Shown: positions 37,965-49,689 of the stretch, in pieces
Numbering within the stretch: position 1 is the first letter of the stretch
Layout: every line of letters begins with the position of its first letter
Origin: Eukaryota sp. TZLM1-RC
Lineage: Eukaryota; Protista; Metamonada: BaSk clade
Assembly (NCBI GenBank): GCA_040285825.1
Contig: JAUPSS010000005.1
Coordinates: 620,001-684,000 of the forward strand
DNA length: 64,000 bases
Direction of reading: 5' to 3'
The notes under the pieces: generated by a model
The model's database searches: none
What the model was told of the DNA's origin: nothing
The model's input: the letters and a program-made list of their open reading frames with translations, nothing else
Program-made: the position numbers and the translations under genes

Positions 37965-38238
37965 CACTCCAGCTAAATGTCCTGAAAAGGTTGGTATGTT
38001 TTTGAGAGTAACAAATCCCAGATTCTATAGAAGAGAAAAGAGTCCAGTTACTACATGTCATGGTTTATTAGCTTGTAATAGTGAGAGTTGCAAACTCAGT
38101 AACAAAGGCTCAACAAAGTTTTTCAATAGAAATAAGCTGGCTTGTCTGAATATGTTTGCAATCGCTGAAGCTAGAGTGAGTGATAATGAAAGGTCTCAAT
38201 ATATGAGTTTGTGTACACGAAATCCACACGAAATTTGA
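37965..38238 (+). mobile_element. Fanzor1 C-terminal remnant
   Basis: KCPEKV.MFLRVTNPRFYRREK...CHGLLACNSESC...FFNRNKLACLNM...ERSQYM; closely parallels ORF 2679-3161. Confidence 0.8.
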
Positions 38239-38313
38239 TCCATTCCAACATTATTCGATTGATTTACGATTATCGATAAAACCATTCTGCTTAATTCTAC
38301 ACATTCACCACTG

Positions 38314-39994
38314 ATGTCCTATCTCAACTGTGATATATGCCTTGACACCATGAATTTACCCACTACACTCCCATGTGGACATAGTTTCTGCAGGGACACA
38401 TGCTTGAAGAAATGGATGAAAGTCAATTCCTCCTGTCCATCCTGCCGAGAAGCTATTCCCAGTGGTCCTTTTCGAGTCAACATTGCCCTCAAAGACGCAA
38501 TCGAGAGTTCAAATGGTTCTAATCCTTCTCCCCACAAGGGTAAAACCAACAATGTGAATCAGTCTGATACTGTTACTGATGTCTATGTTAAAATCAATGA
38601 TGACGAACCCAGTGCCCCACTCGTGATTGGAGGTCGGAACACATTAAGTGCTTCCGAAGATCGGACCAGCAGAAATTATGGTTCATTCAGAGGGAACACT
38701 GTTGATCCCACTACCAGAAGTTCTTCAACATCATTTCTTCCTTTGTTTATGGTATTCGTTTGTTTGGCCGGTATGTTTCCCTTCATTACTGATTTCAGGA
38801 ACAACCCTTGTACGTGGACATTTAAACTATGCACTTGGATTCTTGTCCAGTTATGACCAACATGATTATTCATATGATATCTACGTTTACCTGTTTGATG
38901 CTTTGGCGCTAGCATTAGTAACCTTTTCCGATCATTTCAATTTCAGAATAGGCAGGAGACGCCCAATTATTGCTTTTGCAGCCTTTTCTGCTATAATACC
39001 ACTCCTTACACTGGCTTTTCTCAAAATTGAATCTTCAACACTGGGATTACACTTATCTTGTATCTTGATGGGGTTATTTGGCCTCTCAATTATGCAGATG
39101 TTCACATTGGCGTTAATAGTTGATCTTTTCAACAGCAATGTTTACTCAGCTGCTGCGGTGATGGTCGTCCTACATTCTGTATTGGGGATTGTGGTCTTGC
39201 ATATCAATCACATGCTCTTTTCACCCGAGAGACTAATGCACAGTATTATCATCATATGTGTTTTTACTTTGACCACTGCTCTGACCCTTTTCTATGCAAA
39301 GGAGACTTATCGGTTTCTACCACTGGAAATCTTGCCCTGTGTTAAAACTTTGGGATTACAGTTACTGAAAGTCTTTTTCTCCATTTCTCCAAGAAGTAAT
39401 TTTGTCTCTGTTTGCAGAACTCGTTTTTTCACAATGCTATCCATTGGTGGCCTAGAACGTAGCTTTGTGGACCTGATGTTCTGGTTTGGCTTTGATTATC
39501 TCTTCTATACGAGAATTATAGTTGTTCTTGTTACAAAATTCATTCTTTGCTTATTATTTCTTTATTCTCCTCTTCGAGGTTACATTGGCAGAAAGGTACT
39601 ACGAGCTGGCCTTCTTTGTTTGGTTTTATCATTGATTGCATTCCTATTTATTACTCTTTTTGATGTTCAACATGTGGTTCTTTTATTTCTTTGCATTGTA
39701 GTATTTGCGGCTGGTGAGGTCGTCTATCTGGTTGCAGATACCACAGTTGCTTGTCACTCAGTGCCTGAAGAAACGAAAGGTGGGTTATTCTTGGGAATTT
39801 TTGTCTTTATATCACTAATTGCTACAAGATTATCTATCTTTTGGATAAGCAAGATTTCCAATCGATATGAATATGAAGATGAAGCTTCAACTTTTGGTGT
39901 TTCGTTGTTTTTCTCTATTCTAGCATTGTTGTGTTCTTTTGGAATATCAGGGTCTGATGAAGACTGGGTAACACCTCTTGGTTATCATTTCTAA
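38314..39994 (+). CDS. RING finger fused to an MFS (SLC45/sucrose-transporter-like) permease, ~550 aa; intron 38771-38798
   Basis: CDIC...PCGHSFC..C...CPSCR; 28-nt GTATGT...TTTCAG intron joins CLAG|TTLV; SDHFNFRIGRRRP MFS loop motif; about 12 hydrophobic segments. Confidence 0.8.
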
Positions 39995-40467
39995 CGTTTT
40001 TTCAATTGGATGTCAAGAATATGAAGAGCTAGTTAAAAGCTTATCCAAAGTAGGTGGTGTTCATTGTTTTTACTTTTATGACGTTTTTATTTATATTGTG
40101 GATGACCAACATTTCCAAACAAATCGTTGGAATATTTTCAAACAGTATTTCATTTTTCTCATGAGTTTGCTCCAAGAATGGTAGTCATCTAGGGTTCTGT
40201 AAAAACACATTTCATTTTCTGTTTACCTGAAAATTACAATTAAGCGCCTACACAGGACTGAAATGCCATAGCAAGACAATCGATTATTGACATAATTGCC
40301 AACAATCGAGTTATATATTTCCACAATTAATGATAATTCAAAATACTCAAATTATTGTTGAAACACCCAAAAGCTACAAAACAAAGAAGCAACTATCATT
40401 CATAAGGTGAATGTTCACTTCCGTCATTCAGTTAAAAATGTGATTGTGTTTTGAAGGAAGTTTAATA

Positions 40468-41230
40468 TCAATTGTTTAGTGTTTCTTTGATAAGTCCTTT
40501 TTGTCGATCAGATATGACAGTAATACCAGTCAAATCAAACACCTTCTTTAGCTCTTCTATAAACCATTTCCAACAATCATAATGTTCATTTTCAACTACT
40601 CCGAAAGCAAGAGGAAAAGTATTTCCAGCTGCATCTACTGTTGTGGCAACCAACAAAACACCAAGATATTGAGTCTTAATGTGACATCCATCCAATCGGT
40701 TTGGTGTATTCAAAGCCTTCAATAGAAGCTTCGAGAGAGAAACAACATCTATTACAATGTCCTTCTGCATTGAAGTTCACAAAAGCCACGCTTCCTGGCA
40801 TCTTTTTACATATAACAGAAAAGTAATACGGTAGGACTCTATAGGAAAATTCCCTGTCACGGTATAAGTAGTTTTGGGCAGCCCTTATTGTCCGTGCTGC
40901 AGATGTACCATTTTTGATGACGAAGCTAGATTTTTCCAACGCTTTGGGCGAAAACCGTCTCTCGCACCTGAAGTCTTCTGTTAAAATGTATGCAATGATC
41001 TTGGGTGGAAAATAGGTCTTCGGAGAGGCTACACATCCAGCTGCATGGGTGACCACTTTGGTAACTCACCAGACCTCAGAATATATTGGTGCCCTAGCTA
41101 TGATTTTGAACAGACATCCGGCATGTTGATGTAAGAAGTTCTGTAAATCCAATCTCGACTCAAACGTCTTATGTTCTGTTGCCATCAATGTTGCATCGTT
41201 CCTAAGACGTTTAAGATCAATGTTCATAGG
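40468..41230 (-). mobile_element. MULE/MuDR transposase remnant
   Basis: DGCHIKTQYLGVLLVATTVDAAGNTFPLAFGVVENE...WKWF...VISDRQKGL; frameshifted and truncated. Confidence 0.88.
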
Positions 41231-41353
41231 AAATGTGGATTGTGTTGTGAATCTGTGAAAGTGTATGGATTTTGTTTTATCTTTGAAAAACGTGTGGATT
41301 TTGGAGTTTTCCCAAAAAATCAATTAATGAAAAAAAATTTATTTCTAAAATGA

Positions 41354-42866
41354 TTATGTTTCGACAACACAGTCACGAAAAGTTTCACTCAAAGGTCGAT
41401 CTACTGGATATTGAATCCACCATGGAAAACAAGATAATTCGACTAAATAACTATTTTTGATCAGTTTCACACAAACGATTACACCATGTTCTATATGCTT
41501 GATTGGAGAGATGACGGACATCGAATAATTGTCAGGTTTGATCAACCGAACGAATTTCAAAGAAGGGAAGTTTTGCTCAGTGAAATTGGCAACATCTCTG
41601 CCATGAAAAATCAGTTCCTTTAAGTTTGGTAATTGAATTTCAAATTGGGATGCGGAAGTTGGTTCAACTTCCAATCTAACAATACATTGGGGTAAAAGAA
41701 TTTCTCCTTTTACTATTGCACGAGAAGATCCAAAACAAACCAATTCTTTTAATGATGTAAGATAGCTTAAATCAGAAACAAGTAGAACAGAATGTTTAAG
41801 TACCAACTTCACTAGTGAAGTGGGTAATTGTTCTATATTGAATGAACCATCAAGCTCAAGACATTTAAGATTTGATAAATGTGCAAGGTTTAAAAATGGC
41901 AGTCTATTGCAGTATGGAAGTGCCCGAAGCTTCACAACCTCAACATTTGGAAATAATGACAATAGTTCTACATCATAATCAACTTCATTATAGTAAACAT
42001 CGAGTTTTTGAATTCTAGTATTAATTACTTTGGGTCCTTTGAAATCAGTAGAGATACATAATTGCAAATCACAAATATTTTCATTTAAATTTAAATCGTG
42101 AGGATCTCTTAAAAATTCAAAACCATCAATCACTTGCTTAGCAAATTTGGCCACTTTCTTGCTAATACCGCTTTTGGTAAAGATCCTGACTTTTGCATAA
42201 GGAGATACACCAAACAAATTTTTCAAATATTGCAGATATTCAAAGTAAATTAATTTGATTAGACTAATGAACATGCTATGTAGAGGTTGATTTGGGAAAT
42301 GAAAACTGCCAAGTATCTCAGAACCAAATACTTTAACAGGTTGTGGTCGATCAATCAAATCACCTGTACCTAATTGACCTTTATTGTTCCTTCCCCAAAC
42401 CCAAACAGTGTTTTTGTTGTAGGCAAAAAGGAAGCCATCACTTACAGAAATACCTTCTACATTAGTGAAGGCTTCAATGCATGTCGGTGTCTTCCAAGAA
42501 TTGTTATAATCATCAGGGAATCTGTCTCATTCACCCCAAACAAAAACTTTGCCATTTCTATCAATGGCAGCACAAAAACGATTATGACCACTAATGGTAA
42601 CAATACTAGTGAAGCCTTCGACTGTTATGGGGGGAGTAAAACCCAACTTGTGAAATACTCAGTTCTCTCATAAAATTGAATATACGCCCACTGGGTAGGA
42701 TAGAGTTCCTCATCTAGGAAGACATCTTCTCGAACAGTGGTCCTATAGATCTTTGGGAATTTCCAAACATTACCATCAGCATCAATGATAAGCAAGCAAT
42801 CATGGAGCAAGACAAAAGAACCAGGAAAAGGTTGATGTGGTGAAAAATACTGTTTCACTATAGTCA
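41354..42866 (-). pseudogene. RCC1-repeat + LRR family gene, 3' part, disrupted
   Basis: VWVWGRNNKGQLGTGD RCC1 motif in frame upstream of ORF 42358; LSNLKCLEL and LTSLKELV LRRs; in-frame TGA near 42527. Confidence 0.7.
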
Positions 42867-45800
42867 ATTTATTGAATTTGCACACTTGATTAAATTAAAT
42901 CATAACTAATGGGACGACTATCATTAAACCAAGATTTCCTCTACAAAATCTTGATTTGCTTGCTGTCTAGCTAAAGCTTCTCTAATTCGATTGAAAAACC
43001 GCGGTAATCTATTAATAATGGCAAATTGAATCCGTGAACGCCATAAAAAAATATCAAATCTTTTCATTGTTTTTTCTTGCACCATTTTTTGGAAGTCATC
43101 CAAAAAAGTTTCTGCTTCATCTGATAATCTTCCATTTATCGAAAAGGGGAAAGCAATAAAAACCAGATGTGTATTTCTATCGAGATTTGCCTCTTCAATA
43201 TCTTTATCATATTTTCTATGTTTCTCTTTTGCTTTAAAATCCAGAGCAGGAACAGGATTAAGTTTTCTTCTGTGAACCAAAGTATCATTTGCAACATTAC
43301 ATGAGACAAAGTCAACAATAGCTTCAGAATTATCAATCCAATCACAGTATACATCACCTCTATCATCAGAACCAAAATTATTCAGAGAAAGTGTTTCCTT
43401 CAGCAGGGGCTCTTTGATACACGATATCCTTGCAGTTTGTGCCATATTGAAAACAGTGTCTCTAACAGCATCATGTAATGAAGAACGATAAGTTATCAAT
43501 TTAGAGCAATTTAGAGCATGGCGCAAAGTGAGTTGAGGTGAATTCGAACAAATACATTTTTCTTTTGATAATAATTGGTTAATGGGGATGTTCAAATATA
43601 ATCTCATTTTTGTTACAAATGCTTCATTAGTGGCACACAATCCAAATCTTCGTGGTACAATGGTTACAAAAAGTGAAGAATCTGACGCCTTGTTTTCACA
43701 AACACCCTTTTCCAATAACAATGAGTGAAGATCTTGATTTAAAACAGCCGAGCTGCAAATATTATTATAAAGATCTTTTTCATACATTCCAGTCAATCTT
43801 TTCTGTAATGTTCGAAGAGTGTACTTCAAATTTAAAACATTTTTTTCTGGAATATTGCCATTGAATGATTGGGGAAAACATCGACCCCATTTTTCTACAT
43901 CAATTCTTGAAATTTCTTCATTTAATGCAAAAACAGTGGAACTTTGCGTTGTCATCAAAAAATCTTCCCAATCTGCAAATCTTTCGGAAAACTCAAAGAT
44001 TGCATTTCTGCATCCACCAACAAAAGCACACGAGGTAAGAATAGAAGCCTTCGTCCACCCTAAACCGCCATAATGTGGACTAAGGTAAGCATGGTCTGGA
44101 ATTTGGAACATTTTACATCCCAGTAATTGAAACAGAACTTTTGCACGTAACTCATTAAACTTTTGAGCCAAAGGTCTAGTGACGAGAGGATTTGTAGATC
44201 GAAATATATGATTAAAATTGGAACTAAAACACAGTCTTATAATGGAAAATTTGATGTGTTTTTTTATATCTAAATTCATCATTCGGTCAATTTTGTCAGA
44301 AATTGAGTTCAACTTTTCAAACAATTTTTTGGTAATTTCATCATTATTTCCTAAAAACGAACCCAAATGACGAATAGCATCAATTAAATATAATTTGGCT
44401 TGAATTTCAATATCATCAATTATTGTGGAAACTGGAGAATTCGATAACAAAAACACATTTAAGTAAATTAAGTCGGAGACCAATTTTGGTAAATAATTCT
44501 TTAAAACATACAGTTGCTTTTTTTCACAATATTTAAATCACCAATAAGCACAACATCATCCATATATGCAATCATTTTTAGTGAAGGAAACATCTCTTGA
44601 ATTTGCAGTAGAATAGGATGGATGGCCAAACAAAACAAAAAGAGGTCCTAACGGATCTCCTTGCTTTTACGCCACTTGATGAACTCAAAATGTTGTTACC
44701 AAAATGTAAATTAGAATATGTGCAATAAGTTGATTGAAAATATGGTATTAATTCCGGCATATATTGCAATAGAGCACCATGGATACTGCGACGACTTAGT
44801 GAATTGAAAGCATTACTAAAATCCAATGACATGCAAACATTGAATTCATTTTGACGAAATAAGACATCAGTAGCAGAAATCGCTGAAGAGACTCCATCTG
44901 TAGTATTTATACCATATTGAAAGGGTAATAAAATCTTTTTAGCTTTTTCATTGAACCTGCTTAAGCAACACGCAGAAAAAATATTGTGTAAGCTCTCAGA
45001 GACTGCAATAGGACGAACATCCATTTTTGAATTTTTGACAAGTGCAGTCAAACGAGAACTTCTTAATTCTTCTGGGTATTTGCGTTGACCAGATAATATT
45101 TGGTTGAAAAATTTAGTCAATAAACCAAGGCAATCTTCTGAAGAAATAATCGCGGCTTTTACATGATCAATAGTAATACCAGAAAGTCCGGCAGACTTAC
45201 CACGAGGTCTCTTTTTGATAACCGAAAAAACTTCTGATGGCATCAATGGATAATTTTCCCAGTATGTGCCGTAAAAATTTTGATCCATTATAGGGTCTTC
45301 ATAAGGATGAAGAATTTTCAGTTTTTCTATTGTATTTTCATTGTTCGGTGCTTTAACTCCGGGACTTAAAGCTGACAAAGCCTTGGACCATTTGTTGTCA
45401 AAGCATTTGTCTTCAAAAATTTTACTTAATTTCTCGGATGACTGATTTCTCGGTGCTATATTAGTTAAATCTTCGGAAATATTAACAAAATTTTGTTCAA
45501 AAGGAGGACAAAAAGAACCAAAAAATTCCCAAATAATATTGATAGCATACTTTCCTTTACATAATTGATCCAAAAATCTTTGAAAAACGAAAGCAAATTC
45601 ATTGCATTTGGTCGGATGAATTTCTTGAGGTATTCTTATAGGAGGATGGTAGTTATCAACTATGCGGCATTTCAAGCAGTGGTCAGAAGTTTTTCCTTTT
45701 GCATTTTTTCTAAAAGAAATACCACAAGTGTTGCAAGTTTTGTGCTTTAATCGGTTGAAAACTGGTTTTGCAACAATTTGTGGAGCATTATTTATGGGTT

Positions 45801-46170
45801 CTACCTTAGACTCTTTCCTTCTAATAAATTTTCTTTTACATTTTGTTTCAGAATTTGCCACATTATTTTTTCCAACATTGGGGCATGTTCGAGCATTATG
45901 TCCCTGTTGTCGACACTTTGAGCATCTGTAGGAGCGTGGCTTTGTTTTTGAACAAACTTTGTTTTCATCGTGATTGTCTAAAAATTCTGGATCAGAATTT
46001 TTTTGTCCAAAAATGAAGAGAGAAGAGGTTGAGGAGGAGAGGTGGAAAGGACGTCTTGAGCATCTTGTTGACTATCGTTCTTTCTTTTGACTCCATTAGA
46101 ATCAGAAATTGATTCAGGCATCAACAAGAAAGAATAGAAGCAATGATCTCGGTTCAGCCAGGTTTTAAGT
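42867..46170 (-). mobile_element. Near full-length CRE-like non-LTR retrotransposon (family A); single ORF ~46121-42924 with CCHC knuckle, C4 finger, RT, CCHC and RLE
   Basis: ATG 46121; CSKCRQQGHNARTC; RGKSAGLSG; RPIAVSESL; LDFSNAFN; GVKQGDPLG; AYMDD; HALNC; HDAVRD; RGD...D...KEK; breaks fall in homopolymers. Confidence 0.92.
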
Positions 46171-46179
46171 TAAACGGTT

Positions 46180-46782
46180 ATATGTAGAGGAAGAAAAAAA
46201 AACTGTTTCACTTCTATACAATTCTTCCAGATAGATTCATCGTCTTCATCATCTACATCATCTTCCTCTTCTTCAAAGTAAACACCAGATGCAACGGAAA
46301 TACCAGATACATCAGAAAAACTAGATACATCAGAATCATAAGATCCTGTCGATGGGAAAAGAGTTGGGTTTTGTGGAACAAGAAGAAATCACCGTTGTCA
46401 TCCACCGCGACGAATGAAGAACCACACAGAGAGATGCAAACAATGTTACTCAATTTATAAGTGAATTCTAATGAAATACATTTACCCCATTCTTCAATTC
46501 GACCTTCCTCCATCACTACACGTGAACAATATTTACATCCATAAATTTTCTTAAAGGTATCAGAACGACGAATTCGAGTAATTGGAAGATGACCTTTACC
46601 GAACATATTGATTTCATTGTTATCATTTCAACACCAACCATATAACTTACCACCAGCAGAGAGGGCAAGAGAACGTTTAGGACCAGTTGAAATAGAACTA
46701 ATGTTGCACAGGGGTGATTTGATTGGTGATTTGATGGTGGGTGTTGATCTATGGTAAAAAATTGAACCGCTATCATTGTCAC
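46180..46782 (-). pseudogene. RCC1-repeat family gene, 5' part
   Basis: ISTGPKRSLALSAGGKLYGW and CISLCGSSFVAVDDNGDFF RCC1-like blades; frameshifted. Confidence 0.55.
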
Positions 46783-47484
46783 CTAGGGTTGGGTAAAAGT
46801 TAACGTACTAACACTAAACTACAAAGTACTTTAGTTGCACTAAAACTACATTATACACATCTTAGTCGCACTAAGGCTAAACTAATCTTGATGTTAGTGT
46901 ACTAACGCTCAACTAAGCTCGGACTAACTTGGACTAAACTAAGACTCATTGTCACCCCAGCCGTAAACTTCACCAGAACAGATGAGAAGAAGAACATGAC
47001 TATTACAAACGGAAACATCTTTAACCCCCAGATCACAATCGATCAGAGAGGTGTAAGATTGTGATGAGTCTTGTGAGCCGACAGGGAAGTCACTGAATTA
47101 TGGAACAACAGTGTAAGAAACATCCGAGGGGATACTTTCATTTGTATGATGTGGAAGTAAAGCATCGGGCGAGAGATCGAGAGGGGGGCTCGATGCACCA
47201 TGAAATGTGTGTCCGGTTGAAGAGCAGGAGGGGCTAGGACTAGAGCTAGAGAGGATATTGCCATCTTTGGTGTGATTCATTGTGGAGTCAATCCAATGTC
47301 AATAATGTGTATGCGTGTTCGTTGTTGTCTATGGCCAAACAATTCGCTCATCCAATTGACATCTAAATTTGGTAGACCTGTTCTGTTTACTCATCTTTTC
47401 AGCAGTAAACATAACATTACATTTGGAAGTACAGTGCATCATTAATAGTCTTGAGTAGTATAAATAGCTTATAAAACATATAGC

Positions 47485-47830
47485 ACAAATTCTAATCCAC
47501 ATTTTGGTAATTGCATTTGGAGTTCATCAAGTGGTGTAAAGCAAGGAGATCCATTAGGACCTCTTTTGTTTTGTTTGGCCATTCATCCTATTTTATTGCA
47601 AATTCAAGAGATGTTTCCTTCGCTAAAAATGATTGCATTTATGGATAATGATGTTCTTATTGGTGATTTAAATATTGTGAAACAAGCAACTGTATGTTTT
47701 AAAGAATTATTTACCAAAATTGGTCTCCGACTTAAAAAGTGAAGAATCTGATGACTCATTTTCACAAACACCCCTTTCCAGTAACAATGAGTGAAGATCA
47801 TGATTTAAAACAACCGAACTGCAAATATAA
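47485..47830. mobile_element. Two joined family A fragments in opposite orientations (RT core +, thumb region -)
   Basis: 47485-47735 is the reverse complement of 44470-44720; 47740-47830 matches 43670-43765. Confidence 0.8.
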
Positions 47831-47939
47831 TAGATTAGTCAGTAGAGACTAAACACTTTCGTTATTCTAAACTATTTTCACAAGTGGAAGTAAACCATAA
47901 TTTGATGTCAAAAACTATGCTTTTCTTTTTTATTCTATA

Positions 47940-48528
47940 TTAGGTTTCCGTTTTTGATTCATATATCACGTCATACAGACAATCAATCAAATTATCAATC
48001 AAAACTTGGGGTTTAACACCAGCAACTAGCTCAATAACATCCTCAATCATTCCATTTTGATCGTCAAATTGATTGAACAACTCAGTCAATTTTTGATACA
48101 TCACTTGAGCTGATGGACTACAGGCAACTTGGGTAGTAATCAAATTCAGCAATTTCGACAAGAAGTCTTCAGTTTTCAAAGAGAAACTCATCAAATCGAT
48201 CATTTTTTGACCGACACTAATGCTTCTGATAGATTTGTAGTGGAAACCAACGTGCAAATTTTCTTTGCAAAATTAATCAAACCTCTCTTAGATTCCCGTT
48301 GAATCTGGTCCAAAACTCCCAATTTATGAACTTTCTTACCAACTTTGATTTGATAACGTGCTTCACCTTCCCCTTTAGGAAAGTCATGCTCAGTTATTCA
48401 CTCCTCCTTAACAGTTTCTTTTAATTTATTCTCGGTTTCATTTAATTTCTTTACTAATTCATTAAACTCCTGGATAGTTGGTCGGCCCATTAATTCGGCA
48501 GTTGAAGCTTCTACTTTAAGATCAAATT
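47940..48528 (-). pseudogene. Inverted partial duplicate of the 60996-62852 gene
   Basis: MIDLMSFSLKTE.FLSKLLNLI.TQVACSPS...CLYDVIYES.TET; homologous to ~61795-62383, with stops and indels. Confidence 0.9.
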
Positions 48529-49689
48529 AATGTATTAATAATGGCAAATATATCGTATTTATTCAATTTGCACACTTGATTAAATTAAATCATAACTAAT
48601 GGGACGACTATCATTAAACCAAGATTTCCTCTACAAAATAATGGCAAATTGAATCCCAGAGCCCCATCACAAATAAAAAATAATAAAATATTAAACGTGT
48701 GTTGAACAATTGGCCTGACTTGAAATCTCATAGGCAAGGCTGCTATGGCATGACTTGAAATCTCATGACACATAGGTAAGGCTGCTATGGCTCTCCTTGA
48801 AGAATTTGTTGTAATTGTGAATAAAGAAACTGAAACAGCATTCAATCGTGTTTTGTGGCACAACAAGATTGTTTTGTGTATTTTTAAGGGAATGGTGAAA
48901 GTAATTTCGAATTCACTGACTGTGTTCATCTGGAATTTTTAGTAATTATGTGTTTTGATATGGGAGATGAAAATGTTGAATTTACTGTATTTTGAATTTA
49001 CACACTCAATCAAATTCATTTATAACTTATGGGACCAAAAATAGTGATCATAGATTTCCTCTACAAAATTTTGATTTTGCTTGCCGTTTAGCTGAAGCTT
49101 CTCCTGATTTCATGTTCTTTATTAGATAAATAAATATAAAATGCTAAAAAACTCCAAGTCCACCAAAAATTCCAAGACCAAAAACTTCTTCCTATCATTT
49201 GAATGACCAGAACATTAACAGTAACTATCCTACAATGGATACCCGTAATAATATTTTGAATGATCTAAAGATAATGAGGAAGAGACTTCAACACCTCAAA
49301 TTCGACTCTGTTCTTCCGAATCAGAAAATCATATTTACGGACAACATTTTTGAAAATCATACCAAGATCATCTGAAAAGTTGAAAGCTTTTGTGCCACTG
49401 GTTCCAAATATTGGGTTCGCAATTTAATGAAATTAGAGGTTCTGCGTCTTACTCCATGGAAATTTAATGAAAACAACTTCCTTTTTATTTTTTTAATTAT
49501 TTTTTATTTTTTTTGAAAAGCTCCTATGACCGAATGTTCAATGTCAAAATTAGCAATCAATTAATTAATTAATCAATTTCCACGGAAATACGATGGTACA
49601 ATTGATAATTGGCTCGTTTCTAAGCATCACCTGGAAGTTGGTTCAAACTTAAGCAGAGTTTCAATTGTACAATATTTTTTTTATTTAGT

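Noticed and set aside
44440-44680. Programmed ribosomal frameshift between the two retro ORFs
   Set aside because: Several +1 homopolymer shifts lie inside the RT core, and three are absent from the sister fragment at 47485-47735
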